A DNA stretch of 64,000 nt from positions 1 through 64,000 of IMG/VR virus record IMGVR_UViG_3300026521_000148. One strand, given 5' to 3'. Positions 39,598 through 49,898 of this stretch are shown piece by piece (position 1 is the first letter of the stretch; every line of letters begins with the position of its first letter). Both the position numbers and the translations under genes were made by a program. The notes beneath the pieces are model-generated. The model searched no databases and had not been told where the DNA came from. It saw only the letters and a program-made list of their open reading frames with translations. The stretch comes from a virus.

Positions 39598-41283
39598 CTA
39601 GTTGCATACTATATTGTAACACATAAGTATTACAGTACGCAACACAGACTATATCATATATATATAAATCTTATAGGTCTGCTTAACCTATTGTTAATCG
39701 ATCGTCTCGACACCATATTTTTCCTCTAACGCCCTATTATTAAGAGACGCCATTACGCCAATAGTTAACCCTAACTCTTTAGCTAGCTCTACTCGACTAT
39801 AGATATATCTATTATTAAGTTTGTACAACTTACCATCTATAGATTTACCATGCTTACTAAGTATTAATTGTTTATTAGTATAAATATCCTTTAAAGGATA
39901 ATCATCACATAATCTCGTAATGACATAACCACTAAATATACCAGCTCTATTAAACTTCTTAGCAGCAGTTTCTACTTTAGCGCTTATAGTTCTAGGTTTA
40001 ACATTTAGTTTATTAGCAAAGTCTGTGACAGCCTGATATTCAGTAATGGTACCGTTAACTGGATCATAGACTCTGATACCATTACATATCTTTTTGATGG
40101 GTTTAGACCATATAGCTGTTCTATCGCGCTGTGCTCTCTCCTTATCTTCTAGATCTAAAGTTATCTTAGATGTATCTATAGGTTTATACGAGAACGTGTA
40201 TCCGCCTATGTATTTAGTGTCTTGTTTTAATAGATCCTTACTAAACGATGTATGAACTATACCTGTGGCGAATGATGCGTGGTATAAGTTATTATATTCT
40301 TTTACCTCGCCTGCCATATGGTCTAGTACATATACGAGTCTATCTGAATCACCAGTAAAATGTACTTTAGCAGTTATCTTATATCTACCGTTTATAGGAT
40401 ATTTACTAGATCTAGGTATATAAGCTATGAGGGTATCATTACTTATCTTCAGGTATTTACTAAGCTCTTCAAGACTGATGAAGTTCTTTTTAGTACCTTC
40501 TTTTATATCCTCTAAGATACATTTGAAGTTATCTTTGCGAAGGCCCTCTTTGAACGCATGTTTAACATTCTCCGAAGCAGATACCGCTTCTAAGTTAGAT
40601 ATATGGTTATTGTATTTATTACCATCTTTATGATTGATCTGGTATTTATGGCCATCCCGTAGTTTGATATCTTCTGGTTTACCGAAGGCGTTAATAACCA
40701 TTACATGTATGCTGCGATTGAGTTTACCGCCATCATCTAGAGGCAGGTTAATCCTCTCATAGCCTCTGTTAGATTTAAAGGTCTTTCTTATTTTACCTGT
40801 TAATGTATTAAGTACTTTACCAGTATTGGATATAAGATATCCTTTACAATTCTCTATCTCCCTCCATTCCTCTTTCATTTTTTGTTTCCTTGTTGTTTTT
40901 AAGATTTATATATATCGTGGCGTTTCGATTTAAGGATCGCCTGATCCACTATAGTATAACTATAGCCCTACTCTACTGGATTTAATACCATATGGTACCA
41001 GAGAATTTTATATCTCTGTCACTCCTCTTAAGATCACTCTTAAGACGCATCGTTCGATAGTCGTTGAGCACATCCCATATACATAAGTACTTAGGGACTT
41101 CGCTGCGTCGATCGCTCCAGTGTATATCTTTTCACTATGCCTACTTATCCTTAATTACGGTGTAGGTGTCATACTACATTTCTGTGTATGAGTAGTAATA
41201 TACGACTTATGGAGTTTCCCGCGATTAGCCACGTTCTTTAGACAGAGTTATTAAGCAGCTAACTCTGAATGGAACCCTATTTG
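39598..41283 (-). mobile_element. Group I intron 1 of nvRNAP beta' (1686 nt) with HNH endonuclease in the P8 loop
   Basis: P1 GGAAU^...GUUCC; P AAUCGCGGGAAA, Q CGCAGCGAAG, R CUCAACGACUA, S GAUAUAGUCU located after the ORF; ends ...AACUAG. Confidence 0.9.
39694..40878 (-). CDS. Intron-encoded HNH homing endonuclease (NUMOD4 + HNH + NUMOD1-like repeats)
   Basis: EEWREI...YLISNTGKV, H.MV..AF, INHKDGNKYNNHISNLE.VS.SEN..HA; RBS present. Confidence 0.88.
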   Translation of the reverse strand: MKEEWREIENCKGYLISNTGKVLNTLTGKIRKTFKSNRGYERINLPLDDGGKLNRSIHVMVINAFGKPEDIKLRDGHKYQINHKDGNKYNNHISNLEAVSASENVKHAFKEGLRKDNFKCILEDIKEGTKKNFISLEELSKYLKISNDTLIAYIPRSSKYPINGRYKITAKVHFTGDSDRLVYVLDHMAGEVKEYNNLYHASFATGIVHTSFSKDLLKQDTKYIGGYTFSYKPIDTSKITLDLEDKERAQRDRTAIWSKPIKKICNGIRVYDPVNGTITEYQAVTDFANKLNVKPRTISAKVETAAKKFNRAGIFSGYVITRLCDDYPLKDIYTNKQLILSKHGKSIDGKLYKLNNRYIYSRVELAKELGLTIGVMASLNNRALEEKYGVETID

Positions 41284-42378
41284 ATTCCTGTTACCCAATA
41301 CAGCGATACCTTTACCTTTAGCTTCACGTATTAGTTCATCACCTATATCTGCTATCTCTTGGTCGAACATAAGAGTAGCGTTAAACACCTTAGCAGATGC
41401 TTGTTTATAAGTATAACCTCTTCTTTTAAGTTTGTTAAGAACATGCGGTCTAAATGTTGTTGTTAGTATGGACCATGGGACATGTATAGTGTCATAATCA
41501 TATTCCCTACCTAATGAAGAAACAACACATCTAAATGTAAAATGAGCTCTTGTACCATAAATATTCTTACGGATAAGACCGCCTTTTCTAGACACGAGAT
41601 CTTTAACATAGTTAGTAAATAACTCTGCTGATTTACTTATGATCTTAGCTGTGTTAGTTTCTAACCGTTTATTTGTCATAGTGATATCGTTAGACGTATT
41701 GATAGCTAATAATGCTAAGTCTATGATATCAGATAGTAAAACAGATGTGTAGTTACCCTTATTAGTTGTTTCCATAACAAACAACTTTTTGTTAATAAGA
41801 GGTATGTGGTCTGAAAAGATTTTATCATGATCTTCTCTATATAACTTAAGTAATGCATCTAGCTTAACTTGTTTAGTTAATGTTTTATAATATGCATTAT
41901 TCTTAAGAAATATGATGATCTTCTCTAAATTGTTAACAACATTAAGATAACTTCTACCGCCTATGATCTCTTTTAAAGATAATAGAACTATCGGTATAGA
42001 TGGTGGGTTATAAGTTGTGTCTGATAACCATCTTAAACCATCTACTTTAGTATTAATAGTTCTCGATAAATCAGCCCAAAACTTAGGGTTAATAAATACC
42101 AACTCTTTTCTAAACTTCTCTACCCACAATATAGGCTCCACTGAGTCGAATACGTTAACAACAGTTGTGTCGCATCTAGGACATGTTCTACCCAACAGGT
42201 AGGCTTTCTTATAATAACCGCACTCACACTGAGGTATCATAGAGATCTCATCGTCATACGTTGTATAGATAAGATCTTTGATATTATCAGTACTGAGTGA
42301 AATATCATTAAGTAATAGTTTCCTATTAACCCTTTGATATAAGTCATCTAGTTGTATATAACTTTGTACAATAGCCAT
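41284..42378 (-). CDS. rpoC: nvRNAP beta' N-terminal subunit (phiKZ gp55-like), exon 1
   Basis: Zinc-binding P.CECG...G.TCPRC, KGGLIRKNIYGTR..F.FR.VV, VPW, ends at NRN. Confidence 0.88.
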
Positions 42379-42403
42379 ATAGAACTCCTTTAAAAAATGT
42401 ATT

Positions 42404-42440
42404 TAGTGACTAGCACTATATTAATAATATGGTTATGAAA
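42404..42440 (-). promoter_or_regulatory. Early-promoter-like motif driving nvRNAP beta'
   Basis: Minus TCATAACCATATTATTAATATAG followed by TAGTG-N5-CACTA hairpin. Confidence 0.65.
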
Positions 42441-42485
42441 AAAAATAGAAAGGAAATACAACAGTAGGAGCTGACGCTCCTACTG

Positions 42486-42977
42486 TTATTTTATTTCATA
42501 TACATAAAGACTTATCTCTTTTATAGCGAATATACTTTTCTTACGATAATCTATAAGAACCAAGTTATCTCTCAAGCTCTCTATTTTTAAACAATCGTCT
42601 AATTTTACTAATATAGTCTTAGGTGATATGTAACTTTCATTTGTTGTGAATTTTACGCCACTAGTTAACTTTAACAATAACTCCTCTATCCGTTCCTCTT
42701 TTTCTTTACTAGATATAGTTATTATATAACCACCAGTTGCTTCGTCTGATGCCCTTATTGTATAAATAAGATCCAATAAATCTAAGTTAGCAAATAGAAC
42801 TTTAGCCACTTTGTTAATAGGTTTTATATCTCCTGTATGAGAAACTTCTATTTTAATTTCATCGTTAAGATAAAACTTTAATAACCTCTGGTGCATTAAC
42901 ATTACTTTAAGCATATTAGTTACATTAAAGATATTAACTAAATCAAATTTACTACCTTTTGCGAATAACATATCCAT
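42486..42977 (-). CDS. Hypothetical protein
   Basis: 163-aa ORF with RBS, terminator 42459-42487 downstream. Confidence 0.7.
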   Translation of the reverse strand: MDMLFAKGSKFDLVNIFNVTNMLKVMLMHQRLLKFYLNDEIKIEVSHTGDIKPINKVAKVLFANLDLLDLIYTIRASDEATGGYIITISSKEKEERIEELLLKLTSGVKFTTNESYISPKTILVKLDDCLKIESLRDNLVLIDYRKKSIFAIKEISLYVYEIK

Positions 42978-42989
42978 CTTATATCCTTT

Positions 42990-44018
42990 TTATTGTCTCT
43001 CTATCTTACACACAACCGTTATCTTATTAATCTCGAATGTTATAGTCTCCTCATCAGTAGACTTGATGCATTTTTTATCTAGTATGATATTCTTACTATC
43101 ACTTCTAAATGAGCCTGGATGCTGGTTGGCTTTTTCGTCTTTACTCATTACTTTAGCTACATTAAGATATAGATTACCATGCTTCTCTAGATTATCTAGC
43201 GGTAAACTATTTGGTGATGAATTAAGTATATCATAACTATCACCTGTTTCACTATCCATAGCCATAAATGGAACAACGACTTTCTTACCGGACATATCTT
43301 CTATGTTCAATAACTCAATAAGTTCTTCGAACTCCATATCTGGATTATAAAGATGTTCCTCTACAATAGCTATAAGGTGGTCGAACTGGAATGTTATAAT
43401 AGAATTATACGCATCTAAGAAATCCTTATAGAACTTACCAGATACGTTTTTCTCACTACAGTATTCCTCTACAACCTTTATAGGTAACTTATTAAAGTGT
43501 AAACTATACTTAACTCTACCAGGTCTGTTACGTATAAACTCAGATACCCTTCTCGGTTCATTTTCTGTTATAAGTATGACGCGCTCTTTACCAGATATAT
43601 TACTAAGGACAGTCAACATCTTATCCTGTTGCTGAATAGAGAAGTTTTTACCAAACTCATCGAAGAATAACACAACACTATCTAATTCATCTAGGAATCT
43701 TAATAGATTAGTAGAAAACGACACATTAGTTATTTCTACAACTTGCATCCCGTGCTGTATGGCTCTGTTGCAGAGTGTTGCTGATATAACTGTTTTACCA
43801 GAACCTTTTTGTCCAGTTAATAATAATCCACCCGTATAAGACATTCTTTCAAAACTATTCCAGTAGAACTCTACATATTTATCCATACCACCATAAAGTT
43901 TACTTGGTACTTTATAGTTAAGCTCCTTCCTTTCTAAGTAGTATTCTTTTGTCTTAGGGTTCTCTCTTACTTCGAATACACCTGGGTAAGTTAATGATCT
44001 ATAGAACATAGTTATCAT
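42990..44018 (-). CDS. AAA+ ATPase
   Basis: Walker A GQKGSGKT, Walker B LFFDEFGK, LITEN, arginine finger NRPGR. Confidence 0.85.
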   Translation of the reverse strand: MITMFYRSLTYPGVFEVRENPKTKEYYLERKELNYKVPSKLYGGMDKYVEFYWNSFERMSYTGGLLLTGQKGSGKTVISATLCNRAIQHGMQVVEITNVSFSTNLLRFLDELDSVVLFFDEFGKNFSIQQQDKMLTVLSNISGKERVILITENEPRRVSEFIRNRPGRVKYSLHFNKLPIKVVEEYCSEKNVSGKFYKDFLDAYNSIITFQFDHLIAIVEEHLYNPDMEFEELIELLNIEDMSGKKVVVPFMAMDSETGDSYDILNSSPNSLPLDNLEKHGNLYLNVAKVMSKDEKANQHPGSFRSDSKNIILDKKCIKSTDEETITFEINKITVVCKIERQ

Positions 44019-44325
44019 CCTCAGCTATAAGCTTAAGAACTCTCAGGTGTCTATCAGTCATATCGAAACCTTCTCTAGGCATGATCGTTAGGTATATCGT
44101 TTCATCATCTATATCTGCTATACCTATAGGTAATACAGGTTTACTATAATTTTCTGTTATGAAAACAGATAGATTAAACTTCTCTATACATCTTTGTATA
44201 GCGTGTTCATCATCTTTAACGATTCCTATATAGGAATCATCTATAACCTTAACCCCATTACCGACATTGGATAATATATCAGCGATATTATATAGAATAT
44301 CTTTATCCATATCCAACTCCTTCAT
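43999..44325 (-). CDS. Hypothetical early protein
   Basis: ORF overlapping the ATPase start; early motif at 44337-44372; true start may be the second Met after the GAAGGAG RBS. Confidence 0.6.
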   Translation of the reverse strand: MKELDMDKDILYNIADILSNVGNGVKVIDDSYIGIVKDDEHAIQRCIEKFNLSVFITENYSKPVLPIGIADIDDETIYLTIMPREGFDMTDRHLRVLKLIAEDDNYVL

Positions 44326-44388
44326 ATATTTAAAATTAGTACATTGTACTATATTAATAATATGGTTATGAAATTTTATAGAAACAAG

Positions 44389-44991
44389 TTACTTTATTTT
44401 ATCTATAAGTAGTTTAGCCTTAGTCTTATAATACTCTAATGTTTTTTGACATGCTGCTAGTCTACCAGTACATGTTATGTTATTTGTAACATTTTTTAAT
44501 CTGTCCTTCTCTTTAATATCAGCATCTTCATAACTTAGTAAATAATCCCCAGAAACATCTTCAACACTACTAGTACATTTTAACCCTGTATAAGCACTAA
44601 CTTGGTCAGCTACTTCCTGTGCTATAAACTCAACATCCATTTCATCTCTAACATAACCTAAGTTAACTAGTATAACTCTTTGTTTATAAATAATACCAGT
44701 AGCTTCCGGCATATTTACTATATATCTAGATGGTATATAGAATAATTGCTCAGCTTCAGTGATTAACGTTACTATAGGTATATCGTTTATATAATCATTT
44801 TCGTAATCTTCTATAGTAAGACCTTGGTTAATATATATGATAGTTTTAACATCAATATCATCTTTAACTAATTTCTTTATAGATTCTATACCGAAAACTT
44901 TATAAGTTATATTTGGGTTTAGTATAGCGCTTAATGGTTCTTGTAATGTGAACGTCCCTTTTAATCCTATGGGCGGTAATAATGGTTGCAT
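44389..44991 (-). CDS. Probable conserved virion protein of phiKZ-like phages
   Basis: PP.G..G.F.L..P N-terminus, Y..D....IVTL...YIP..YI..P; C-terminal coiled coil. Confidence 0.5.
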   Translation of the reverse strand: MQPLLPPIGLKGTFTLQEPLSAILNPNITYKVFGIESIKKLVKDDIDVKTIIYINQGLTIEDYENDYINDIPIVTLITEAEQLFYIPSRYIVNMPEATGIIYKQRVILVNLGYVRDEMDVEFIAQEVADQVSAYTGLKCTSSVEDVSGDYLLSYEDADIKEKDRLKNVTNNITCTGRLAACQKTLEYYKTKAKLLIDKIK

Positions 44992-45048
44992 GATAACTCC
45001 TTATTTTTAATCAAGAAAAAGAAAAATAGTAGTTAGGATATATCCTAA

Positions 45049-45627
45049 CTACTTTAATATTTTAGACTCAGTAAATTCATTATGTAATGGTTTCCCAATA
45101 ACTCTAACATGTAGAACATTAATGCCTTCATAGTTAAATAGTTTTATGACGTCATCACTACCGTACCCAACAGCATAATATAACTCGTCACCATCGTCAA
45201 CTTCATAAATACTTAATTTAGTATTTTCTTTTGTTAAGTTAAATTCATCCAACCATTTATTGTTTGTTACCTTTGGTTTACCACATAATAAACCAAATGC
45301 ATCTATAATTATACCTAAGTACCTTTCAACTGTTACAATGTATTCATCTATACTTTTTATAACTGTTTTTCTTATAGTGTATTTTCCTCTATAACTAATG
45401 TTAAGTTTAACTACAACAGAACCATTCTTTTTCTTATAGACATTTATAGACTTAAAACCAGTGTTAGTTCTAGACGTATAAAGATACTGCTCATCCCTAT
45501 ACTTCACAGCTTCTTCATAATTATCAAAAGTTATCTCTTCTTCTCTACCGTCATACATTTTAGTAACAACTATAACACCATTTTTAGCACTTATATTCAT
45601 TTCTCCTAAATCATAAATCTTTTCCAT
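45049..45627 (-). CDS. Hypothetical early protein (possible AP2-like DNA-binding segment)
   Basis: Start moved to MEKIYD because of AAGGAAG RBS and early motif at 45652-45688; EEAVKYR...NTGFKSI pattern. Confidence 0.55.
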   Translation of the reverse strand: MEKIYDLGEMNISAKNGVIVVTKMYDGREEEITFDNYEEAVKYRDEQYLYTSRTNTGFKSINVYKKKNGSVVVKLNISYRGKYTIRKTVIKSIDEYIVTVERYLGIIIDAFGLLCGKPKVTNNKWLDEFNLTKENTKLSIYEVDDGDELYYAVGYGSDDVIKLFNYEGINVLHVRVIGKPLHNEFTESKILK

Positions 45628-45760
45628 GACAACTTCCTTAAATAAATTTATTAGTATATACATACTATATTAATAATATATAAGTGATTACAGGTAGATA
45701 ATATACTATCTATTAAAATACTCATTGGGCTACTTTCATGAATAGAATAAAAAAGGACAT

Positions 45761-47203
45761 ATGATGGATAATATAGAAGAGAATGATAATATTGTAGTAG
45801 CTTTTGTTTATTGTGATGGTAGTGCTGGGCCGACTAATCCCGGACCAACAGGTTATGGGGTACATATAACGATAGCTGATTCTAAAACTAAACCTAAGAA
45901 TGTATTAGGTAAATACAAGTTAACACCTGACGGATATAAAACAACAGTTGATTTTAAATTAAGAGATGACAAAACATTACTAGGGTTACTTCATTGTGTG
46001 GAGTTATATGGTTATACTGATGATACGAGTACAACTAACAATACAGCAGAATTAGATGCCGTTATCGAGTCTATAAGTAAAATAAAACATATAGAAAAGA
46101 CTATAGATATGAAAATAGATAAGTTAGATTTTAAATGCGACTCCACTTACGTCCTTAACGCTGCTAATAAGATTCTAAATAACGAAATGGATTTAGAAAA
46201 TGTAGTTGCTAATGCTGATAGAATAAAGAAACTATCTGAATCTATACATAGTATAAAAAATGATTATGTTGTTTCTTTTAAAAAGGTTAATGCGCATACT
46301 GATGATCTAGGTAATAATAGAGCAGATATGTTAGCTAACATGGGTAGGATGTTACGTAAAAAACCGAATAGAGCTAATTTTAATATTTATATAGGGGATA
46401 GTGATTTCTGGAAGGATCCTGTAGTAGATGCAGATCTATACCACTTTAAACAATTATTTAGTTTCTATCCTGATGTAGTTACTGCTGATAGAAGTTATTA
46501 TGGTCTTAATTATAAGAAAGAATCTGAGATAGGTAAGAAGATGAGTTATGTTAGTTACACTATATTAAAAACAAAAGAAACCAATAAAGTTATTTTTGAT
46601 ACTATAAAAACTATTAGGGATGTATTAGGGGAGTCTTATGTACCGTATATAATAAGACTTAAAGAATTACTTAATAAAAATATATTAAGAGATTATCTTA
46701 GATATAAAGACGATTACTTAATATTAAGTAATAATAAGTATCTAACTATTAAAACTATACAGGGTGAAGAAGTTGCTAGGGAGTTATATCCGGCTGGGTT
46801 AAGTAACATAGTGCAAGATAAGTTTTTAGATTACGAAAAAGAGTTACATGAGTATTTTAAAGATGATAAAGTATTACCTATAGATTATATAGATATAACT
46901 GATATGTTGTATACTAAAGATGCTAAAGGTAAGAACATACTTAAGAAAGATATAAAGAATGATAAGTTTATAATAAAAACAAGTTATGAGAAAACTAAGA
47001 TAAATCTGGTTATGAAATATGACCTACCTCCTAGAAATACATTACGTAGATTAGAGAGTAAAGATCCTAAGGCTATATTAATGGTTACTGATAAGGGTGG
47101 TATGATAGAATATAAGATACTCATACTCCTTAATAATGATGATGTTATCTTAACAGTTAATGCATATAGTAATAAACTTATAAAAAAGAAAACTAAAAAG
47201 TAG
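45761..47203 (+). CDS. rnhA: RNase HI domain protein with C-terminal extension (phiKZ-like)
   Basis: YCDGSAGPTNPG, TNNTAEL.A, CDS.YV, VNAH....GN.RAD.LA. Confidence 0.85.
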   Translation: MMDNIEENDNIVVAFVYCDGSAGPTNPGPTGYGVHITIADSKTKPKNVLGKYKLTPDGYKTTVDFKLRDDKTLLGLLHCVELYGYTDDTSTTNNTAELDAVIESISKIKHIEKTIDMKIDKLDFKCDSTYVLNAANKILNNEMDLENVVANADRIKKLSESIHSIKNDYVVSFKKVNAHTDDLGNNRADMLANMGRMLRKKPNRANFNIYIGDSDFWKDPVVDADLYHFKQLFSFYPDVVTADRSYYGLNYKKESEIGKKMSYVSYTILKTKETNKVIFDTIKTIRDVLGESYVPYIIRLKELLNKNILRDYLRYKDDYLILSNNKYLTIKTIQGEEVARELYPAGLSNIVQDKFLDYEKELHEYFKDDKVLPIDYIDITDMLYTKDAKGKNILKKDIKNDKFIIKTSYEKTKINLVMKYDLPPRNTLRRLESKDPKAILMVTDKGGMIEYKILILLNNDDVILTVNAYSNKLIKKKTKK

Positions 47204-47295
47204 TATATGGGATCACCCATATACTATATATCCTCTTTTCATTTTGTTGCTAATTTATTCGGTATCTCTATTGAATTTTATTTAAAGGAGTTACT

Positions 47296-48066
47296 ATGCG
47301 TATTTTAATACCATTGTTTATTTTGTCATTTTTATTACATGCAGGATGTCCTGTTAAAACTTATATACCTGTAAAGGCTAAAGAGTTAGCACCTATTATA
47401 GTTTCAGAAGTCGCTACTATAATACCTGAATATAACAGACCTTATTATTTCCAGTCACTTATAGAACATGAATCATGTGTTGCGTTATGTGGTAATGGAT
47501 ATTGGGCTAGAAGATGCTATAGCCCTGTATCCGAGCTTAAAACTAAAAGAGAGCAAGGTGTTGGTTTTTTTCAGTTAACTAGAACATTTAGAAAAGATGG
47601 TAGAATAAGATGGGATATCGTAGCAACGCTAAAAAAGAAACATCCCAAAGAACTACATGAACTAAACTGGGACAATATAAAACAGAGACCTGATTTACAA
47701 ATAAAGGCTGGTCTTTTACTATGGCGTGATAACTATAGAAAGTTAGCGTCAACCATACCAGTAGAGGAGAGAGTTTATTTTGCTGATAGTATCTATAATG
47801 GTGGTGGGTATGTATATAAAGAAAGAAGGATATGTAAACTAAGAAAAGGTTGTGATCCTGATGTTTGGTTCGATAACGTAGAACTAATAAAGGACGTTAG
47901 AGGAAAAAAGAAATTATATGGTAATAGAACAGCATGGGATATAAATAGACATCATGTTAAAGATGTTACTAAAACAAGAATAGATAAGTATAAAAAATAT
48001 GACGAGTCTAAGATATCATATTGTAAAGAAAATAACGGAACCATAACTTTTGGGTATAAGTTTTAG
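47296..48066 (+). CDS. Secreted lytic transglycosylase (SLT-like), probable signal-peptide endolysin
   Basis: Signal peptide, IEHES catalytic Glu, E.G.G..QLT, YNGG. Confidence 0.75.
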   Translation: MRILIPLFILSFLLHAGCPVKTYIPVKAKELAPIIVSEVATIIPEYNRPYYFQSLIEHESCVALCGNGYWARRCYSPVSELKTKREQGVGFFQLTRTFRKDGRIRWDIVATLKKKHPKELHELNWDNIKQRPDLQIKAGLLLWRDNYRKLASTIPVEERVYFADSIYNGGGYVYKERRICKLRKGCDPDVWFDNVELIKDVRGKKKLYGNRTAWDINRHHVKDVTKTRIDKYKKYDESKISYCKENNGTITFGYKF

Positions 48067-48089
48067 TAGTATGTGGTTAATACCACATA

Positions 48090-48266
48090 CTACTGTTTCT
48101 TTTCTATAATATTTCTATACTTATCTGGTATAGATTCATATACCTCATTAGCTTTTTCTTTGTTAAGTTCTTTTAAAACTTTATCACACCACACATAACA
48201 CATATACTCATCGAAGTTAGTAGCGTCATAGTGTTTCTTAAAATAATATAACTTTTCTCTATCCAT
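48090..48266 (-). CDS. Small 58-aa hypothetical protein MDREKLYYFKKHY... (not in ORF track)
   Basis: Overlaps the stop of the upstream ORF and ends in the terminator hairpin at 48066-48094. Confidence 0.55.
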   Translation of the reverse strand: MDREKLYYFKKHYDATNFDEYMCYVWCDKVLKELNKEKANEVYESIPDKYRNIIEKKQ

Positions 48267-48498
48267 TATTTAGCCCACCTGGAACAACTACGGTTATCTT
48301 AAGTCCTTCAGACTCTACATTTTCTATAAGATATTTCTCCACACATGCGTTATCTGTAAATGTGTACTTAGGTATATGATATCTCGTTTCTACCTTATTC
48401 GTATCTCTTATCTGGAGCATGATAGTACTTTCATTTACATCATGCTCAAACTTTAAACTAAATTCCACGCCTGATAGGCTTGTTAATGTCTTATCCAT
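48259..48498 (-). CDS. Hypothetical protein
   Basis: 79-aa ORF with AAGGA RBS. Confidence 0.6.
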   Translation of the reverse strand: MDKTLTSLSGVEFSLKFEHDVNESTIMLQIRDTNKVETRYHIPKYTFTDNACVEKYLIENVESEGLKITVVVPGGLNNG

Positions 48499-48507
48499 AA
48501 CATTTCC

Positions 48508-49536
48508 TTATTTATTATTTATCTTATCACATAGTACTTTTAATACATAGTTTTTATCTTTAGAATACCTAACATCATCTGGTATAGTAATGTTAGTATC
48601 GTCTTCGATTTTTCTATAAAGTAATGTGAATCTTTTATACTTTGTTAGTCCATCTGTATTAAAACTAATTATATCAGGAAACTCTTCCTCTAATTTATAC
48701 CGTAAATCATCAGTCCATGTCCTGTTGATATAGTCTATAATAACTTTATGGCTACCGTAAGTATCAAAATCGTCCTCATACATATCTATAACAGATTTTT
48801 TTACATCATATACAAACTTCCTAACTATATGAGATTTAATATCGTTTATATCTATATTAAGTATATCTTCTAGTAAACCCATAGGACACCATTCTTTATC
48901 CTCATAAGCGCTACCTTGTAATACTTTAGTTCTGGGTATAAATGTATGTGTACCATATAACGGTTCCGGTAGGTCTACATTTATATATAGATAATCATCA
49001 TAGTTAACGTCTAATTCTAGTAACTCTTCATTAGGTATATCTAAATTAACTAAATATCCTAACGTAACAGTAAACTCCTCATAAACACCATCTCTATAGA
49101 ACTTATCATAATCTCTTAAAACATAGTTACTTTTATCAAGTTGCCTAACTATAGTTAATGGATCATCTTTCATTGCTGTATATAACTCTTCACTTATAAC
49201 TCTATCAGACTGTTTTGTTTGTAAATGCCTGATGTCGTCTTTTGTTCTTATTTCTATCTTAACAGGTATAAGGTTAAGTAAATCTTTAACCTCTTGCCCT
49301 ATGTACAATAAAGGAACAGGGTATTCTAAATACTTATAACTTTTATCCTTAAGCAAACTAAGATCTTCTAATGCCGGGTTATTGGATTTAGTTATTATGT
49401 TAAGTTTATTTATGAGATTCTGAACATCGGTATCAGAAGGAACGACAGGAAACAATAATGCTTCCTTAAGTGTCGTTACTGTAAGAGTTTTATAATAAGT
49501 GAATCGAAATATATCTCTATTCTCATCAACTAGCAT
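48508..49536 (-). CDS. Hypothetical protein
   Basis: 342-aa ORF in the ligase operon. Confidence 0.7.
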   Translation of the reverse strand: MLVDENRDIFRFTYYKTLTVTTLKEALLFPVVPSDTDVQNLINKLNIITKSNNPALEDLSLLKDKSYKYLEYPVPLLYIGQEVKDLLNLIPVKIEIRTKDDIRHLQTKQSDRVISEELYTAMKDDPLTIVRQLDKSNYVLRDYDKFYRDGVYEEFTVTLGYLVNLDIPNEELLELDVNYDDYLYINVDLPEPLYGTHTFIPRTKVLQGSAYEDKEWCPMGLLEDILNIDINDIKSHIVRKFVYDVKKSVIDMYEDDFDTYGSHKVIIDYINRTWTDDLRYKLEEEFPDIISFNTDGLTKYKRFTLLYRKIEDDTNITIPDDVRYSKDKNYVLKVLCDKINNK

Positions 49537-49876
49537 TATATGCTACTATAGAAGCTGCTATAATGATAGCGTAAGCTAATATACGTATAGACTTAGCTAT
49601 AAGGGCGGAACCAGCCCCTTGTGGTGTTTCAACTGCCTTAAGCCTTAAATCCTCTTCTTTACCATATATAACATCTATAAAGAAGTCGGGTAAGAACTCT
49701 ATAACAACAATACTAGCTAACGCTATAACAAAGATATTTATCGTCATGATCATGCCTACACCAAATGTTAGGTTCTGAAATACTTTAGTATCAGGGTCCG
49801 TACTTAAATAGTACAACACGAACATAACTATAGTAATAACCATAGCCAACTTTCTTTTTATTTTAACTATATCCAT
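49526..49876 (-). CDS. Three-TM membrane protein (possible holin-like)
   Basis: Three hydrophobic helices; AAGGAG RBS. Confidence 0.55.
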   Translation of the reverse strand: MDIVKIKRKLAMVITIVMFVLYYLSTDPDTKVFQNLTFGVGMIMTINIFVIALASIVVIEFLPDFFIDVIYGKEEDLRLKAVETPQGAGSALIAKSIRILAYAIIIAASIVAYNAS

Positions 49877-49898
49877 TATAGCTCCTTTTTGATTTAAC

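Noticed and set aside
37316-42378. Reading the nvRNAP beta' fragments as a pseudogene or as stop-codon recoding
   Set aside because: Complete group I cores and in-frame U/G junctions explain the breaks; TAA, TAG and TGA all act as normal stops elsewhere
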